From: a virus
Reading direction: 5' to 3' (one strand)
Length of the DNA: 35,673 nt
IMG/VR virus record: IMGVR_UViG_3300045988_058856
Span: 1-35,673 of that record
Below, piece by piece: positions 33,828-35,673 of this stretch; position 1 is the first letter of the stretch; every line of letters starts with the position of its first letter. Both the position numbers and the translations under genes were made by a program. The notes under the pieces were generated by a model. That model did not search any database and had not been told where the DNA came from. It was given only the letters and a program-made list of their open reading frames with translations.

Positions 33828-34367
33828 CTACATAACCAACCCGTATAAAACTTTCCAGTCGTCCAAAATATCTTTACATTTCCATTTCTCCGCCCTTTCT
33901 ATGGTCTCCCATCTCAAAGTACGGTGGTTCAACTTGTCTAGTATCCTGCTACCGTCACAGTACATATTCACCCTGTACAGCATTGAAACCTCTATGCCAT
34001 ATTTGTTCGTCTCGGTGTCTTTGCTCGGATAGATCGGTCGCTCTATGTCGTCATTCTCATAAGGCCCTACGCGCTTCTTGTCCTTGTCACGGTACAGCAT
34101 ATTTTCTATTGTCGGTATGCGTTCCGGTTGCATCCGCGTATTACGGTCGTCCCGTACCTTGCTTGCCGCATATATTATATCCCGGATCACCTCGCAGAAT
34201 ATCTTGGCATTTACGGCGTGAAATGGTTTGCCCATCACTTTGGCATACTTCACACCGTTCGCCTCAAGCCAATTGAATATAAAAAACGCATGAAGATTAT
34301 AAACGCGTGCCATATCTTCGATAAGCAGCACTTTTCTTTGTTTCTTCTTAATATATGGTGTCGGCAT
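33828..34367 (-). CDS. Hypothetical protein, last gene of the early block (179 aa); possible N-terminal HTH
   Basis: ATG ORF. The N-terminus KVLLIEDMARVYNLHAFFIFNWLEANGV is HTH-like by eye only. Confidence 0.5.
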   Translation of the reverse strand: MPTPYIKKKQRKVLLIEDMARVYNLHAFFIFNWLEANGVKYAKVMGKPFHAVNAKIFCEVIRDIIYAASKVRDDRNTRMQPERIPTIENMLYRDKDKKRVGPYENDDIERPIYPSKDTETNKYGIEVSMLYRVNMYCDGSRILDKLNHRTLRWETIERAEKWKCKDILDDWKVLYGLVM

Positions 34368-34368
34368 A

Positions 34369-34467
34369 CTATAAATTATTTAAGATACATACTAAAATAT
34401 AGCCAAGCGCGATCCCTGCCGCGATTGCTAGGACCATTTGCCCTAGCATTTTCATTACTTCCTTCAT
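34369..34467 (-). CDS. Putative 32-aa single-TM micro-protein
   Basis: ATG 34467 is ATGA-coupled to the upstream stop. MKEVMKMLGQMVLAIAAGIALGYILVCILNNL. The stop lies 1 nt before the next ATG. Confidence 0.3.
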   Translation of the reverse strand: MKEVMKMLGQMVLAIAAGIALGYILVCILNNL

Positions 34468-34769
34468 AGCTTCAATGCTTCTTTAAGTTCACCGATCAAA
34501 CGGAGCGCCTCAACTCTTGATAAGTCCACCCGGCGTTCCGGCTCGCTCTTCCGGTATATCGTTATGGTCGTTATCTCCTTCGCGTTTCTCGGTACGCGTT
34601 CTGCGTAGACCATAACTCTCTCGGCTTCCGCCTTGTCTATCTTAACTCTCATATTGTATTGCGCCTTCTCCGCGCGGTCCAGTGCGGTTTTAAAACGTCC
34701 GGTTCTGATGCCCGCTACTTCTTGTTCCTTCATCTCCTGTTCTCTGAATAAATGATCCACGTCTGCCAT
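34464..34769 (-). CDS. Hypothetical early protein (101 aa)
   Basis: ATG-initiated ORF in the co-directional gene string. Confidence 0.55.
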   Translation of the reverse strand: MADVDHLFREQEMKEQEVAGIRTGRFKTALDRAEKAQYNMRVKIDKAEAERVMVYAERVPRNAKEITTITIYRKSEPERRVDLSRVEALRLIGELKEALKL

Positions 34770-34772
34770 AAT

Positions 34773-35255
34773 TTAAAATATTAATTTGATTAATGTCATT
34801 ATTAAACAGTCCAAACCAATAAGGCGCATTGCCCCGTGCCCAATCAATCCACCGGCCGCGGTTAGCGCGAAGTCCACGAAGTCAGCCTTACCGCCGTACA
34901 AATGATCCTTCACCTCCATACCCAGACCTACGCCCGTAGTGAAATGCGCACCACACACTGCGCCTAGCGGTATGGCGAATAGGAAATGCTTCCACCGGTT
35001 CGACGCTTTCCACCAATCAAGTATTTTAGTGTACCACTTCATATTTACCATCTCGGCGGATAACTTGGTATGGAACGGCGCGAACTCGCCCGCGGCGTTC
35101 TTCATTAGCGCAAAACCTGTCTCTCCGTCCAGCGGCTTATATGCGTGCGACATATAACCCTTAACAGGCACTTCGCCTAAATACTCGAAGCGTGCGCTAC
35201 GTCCGCAGTCATTCAATAACACTACGTCACCTTTTTTGTAATCTGTTGTTTTCAT
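34773..35255 (-). CDS. Membrane protein with Gly-rich C-terminal helices
   Basis: 160 aa. FLFAIPLGAVCGAHFTTGVGLG and FALTAAGGLIGHGAMRLIGL. The N-terminus resembles neighbouring small proteins (Y.KGD..L.D...YLG). Confidence 0.6.
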   Translation of the reverse strand: MKTTDYKKGDVVLLNDCGRSARFEYLGEVPVKGYMSHAYKPLDGETGFALMKNAAGEFAPFHTKLSAEMVNMKWYTKILDWWKASNRWKHFLFAIPLGAVCGAHFTTGVGLGMEVKDHLYGGKADFVDFALTAAGGLIGHGAMRLIGLDCLIMTLIKLIF

Positions 35256-35455
35256 ACCTTCTTAAATATTATATTACTACTGTCTATTACATCTACACAC
35301 ACCCAGCGCCTAGGACACATGCACGGCTCACCGCGTTTGTTGAACGCGCACCCGGCGCATAGTCCGCCTTTCTTCTGTAACTCCGCTACGTACGTCACGC
35401 CTTCGTGCTCGGCCTTCTGTCCTGGATCGAAAAATATAAGTTTTACTTTTCTCAT
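35252..35455 (-). CDS. Cys-rich small protein, single copy of the domain duplicated in 1439..1843
   Basis: 67 aa. CAGCAF..C.C..C pattern and IIFKKV C-terminus. ATGA-coupled on both sides. Confidence 0.6.
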   Translation of the reverse strand: MRKVKLIFFDPGQKAEHEGVTYVAELQKKGGLCAGCAFNKRGEPCMCPRRWVCVDVIDSSNIIFKKV

Positions 35456-35673
35456 ACTTTCTTTATTATTATATTAACATCCATTTTCCGCGCAAAAGGT
35501 ACGGTACCTTTATTTAGCTTGTACTCCTCGCACTCTTCATCTGTCAAGGCGAAGAATATAGAATCTATTTGAGGCTCTATTGGCTCGTACAAATAGCTCC
35601 CTAATTTCCTGTTACGTCCTAAGTACCTGTAATGCACTCCATCGATTAGGGCGATTATATCACCCACATTATA
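35452..35673 (-). CDS. Junction-spanning small gene (3' part plus duplicated region); the true ATG is at window position 70
   Basis: The tracked start 35667 is GTG. The frame stays open to the window end and continues through the 55-nt overlap to ATG 70. Confidence 0.55.
   Translation of the reverse strand, partial: YNVGDIIALIDGVHYRYLGRNRKLGSYLYEPIEPQIDSIFFALTDEECEEYKLNKGTVPFARKMDVNIIIKKV

Noticed and set aside
1-35673. Lysogeny module (integrase, repressor, attP) or tRNA genes
   Set aside because: No ORF shows tyrosine or serine recombinase motifs or a CI-like repressor. The intergenic regions are too short or too AT-rich to hold a tRNA cloverleaf. I saw none, but a tRNAscan and HMM search would settle it.

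Overview
The window is a complete, circularly closed genome of a tailed dsDNA phage. Nt 1-55 are identical to nt 35619-35673, so the unique length is 35,618 bp. Every credible gene is on the minus strand. Genes are tightly packed, with many ATGA/TAATG stop-start overlaps and no Shine-Dalgarno-like sequences. Intergenic promoters fit the Bacteroidota TTTG(-33)/TAnnTTTG(-7) type, and a tail fibre carries BACON-like repeats, so a Bacteroidota host is the best inference. There are two unidirectional blocks. (1) The early/replication block runs 12880->67 and continues across the junction 35618->33828. It encodes a small HTH protein, a Cas4/RecB-like PD-(D/E)XK nuclease, a T7 gp2.5-like SSB, a family A DNA polymerase, a primase-helicase, a VRR-NUC nuclease, an SNF2 helicase and many small ORFans. 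(2) The late block runs 33142->13447. It encodes TerS, TerL, tail spike and fibre proteins, a tape-measure-like protein, a scaffold-like protein, the major capsid protein, three tandem paralogues, a portal-like protein, a holin-like protein, an M15 endolysin and a spanin-like protein. I saw no integrase, repressor, tRNA, CRISPR array or reverse transcriptase. The most unusual feature is a pair of paralogous non-coding arrays of about 380 bp (13049-13438 and 33276-33653). Each has eight full TGTAAAAGAT boxes, plus one degenerate copy, in the same order, orientation and helical phasing around a diverged AT-rich core. Each lies directly upstream of the promoter of one of the two blocks. They are candidates for twin origins and/or a two-site master regulatory switch. 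Protein functions come from motifs read by eye, with no database search.
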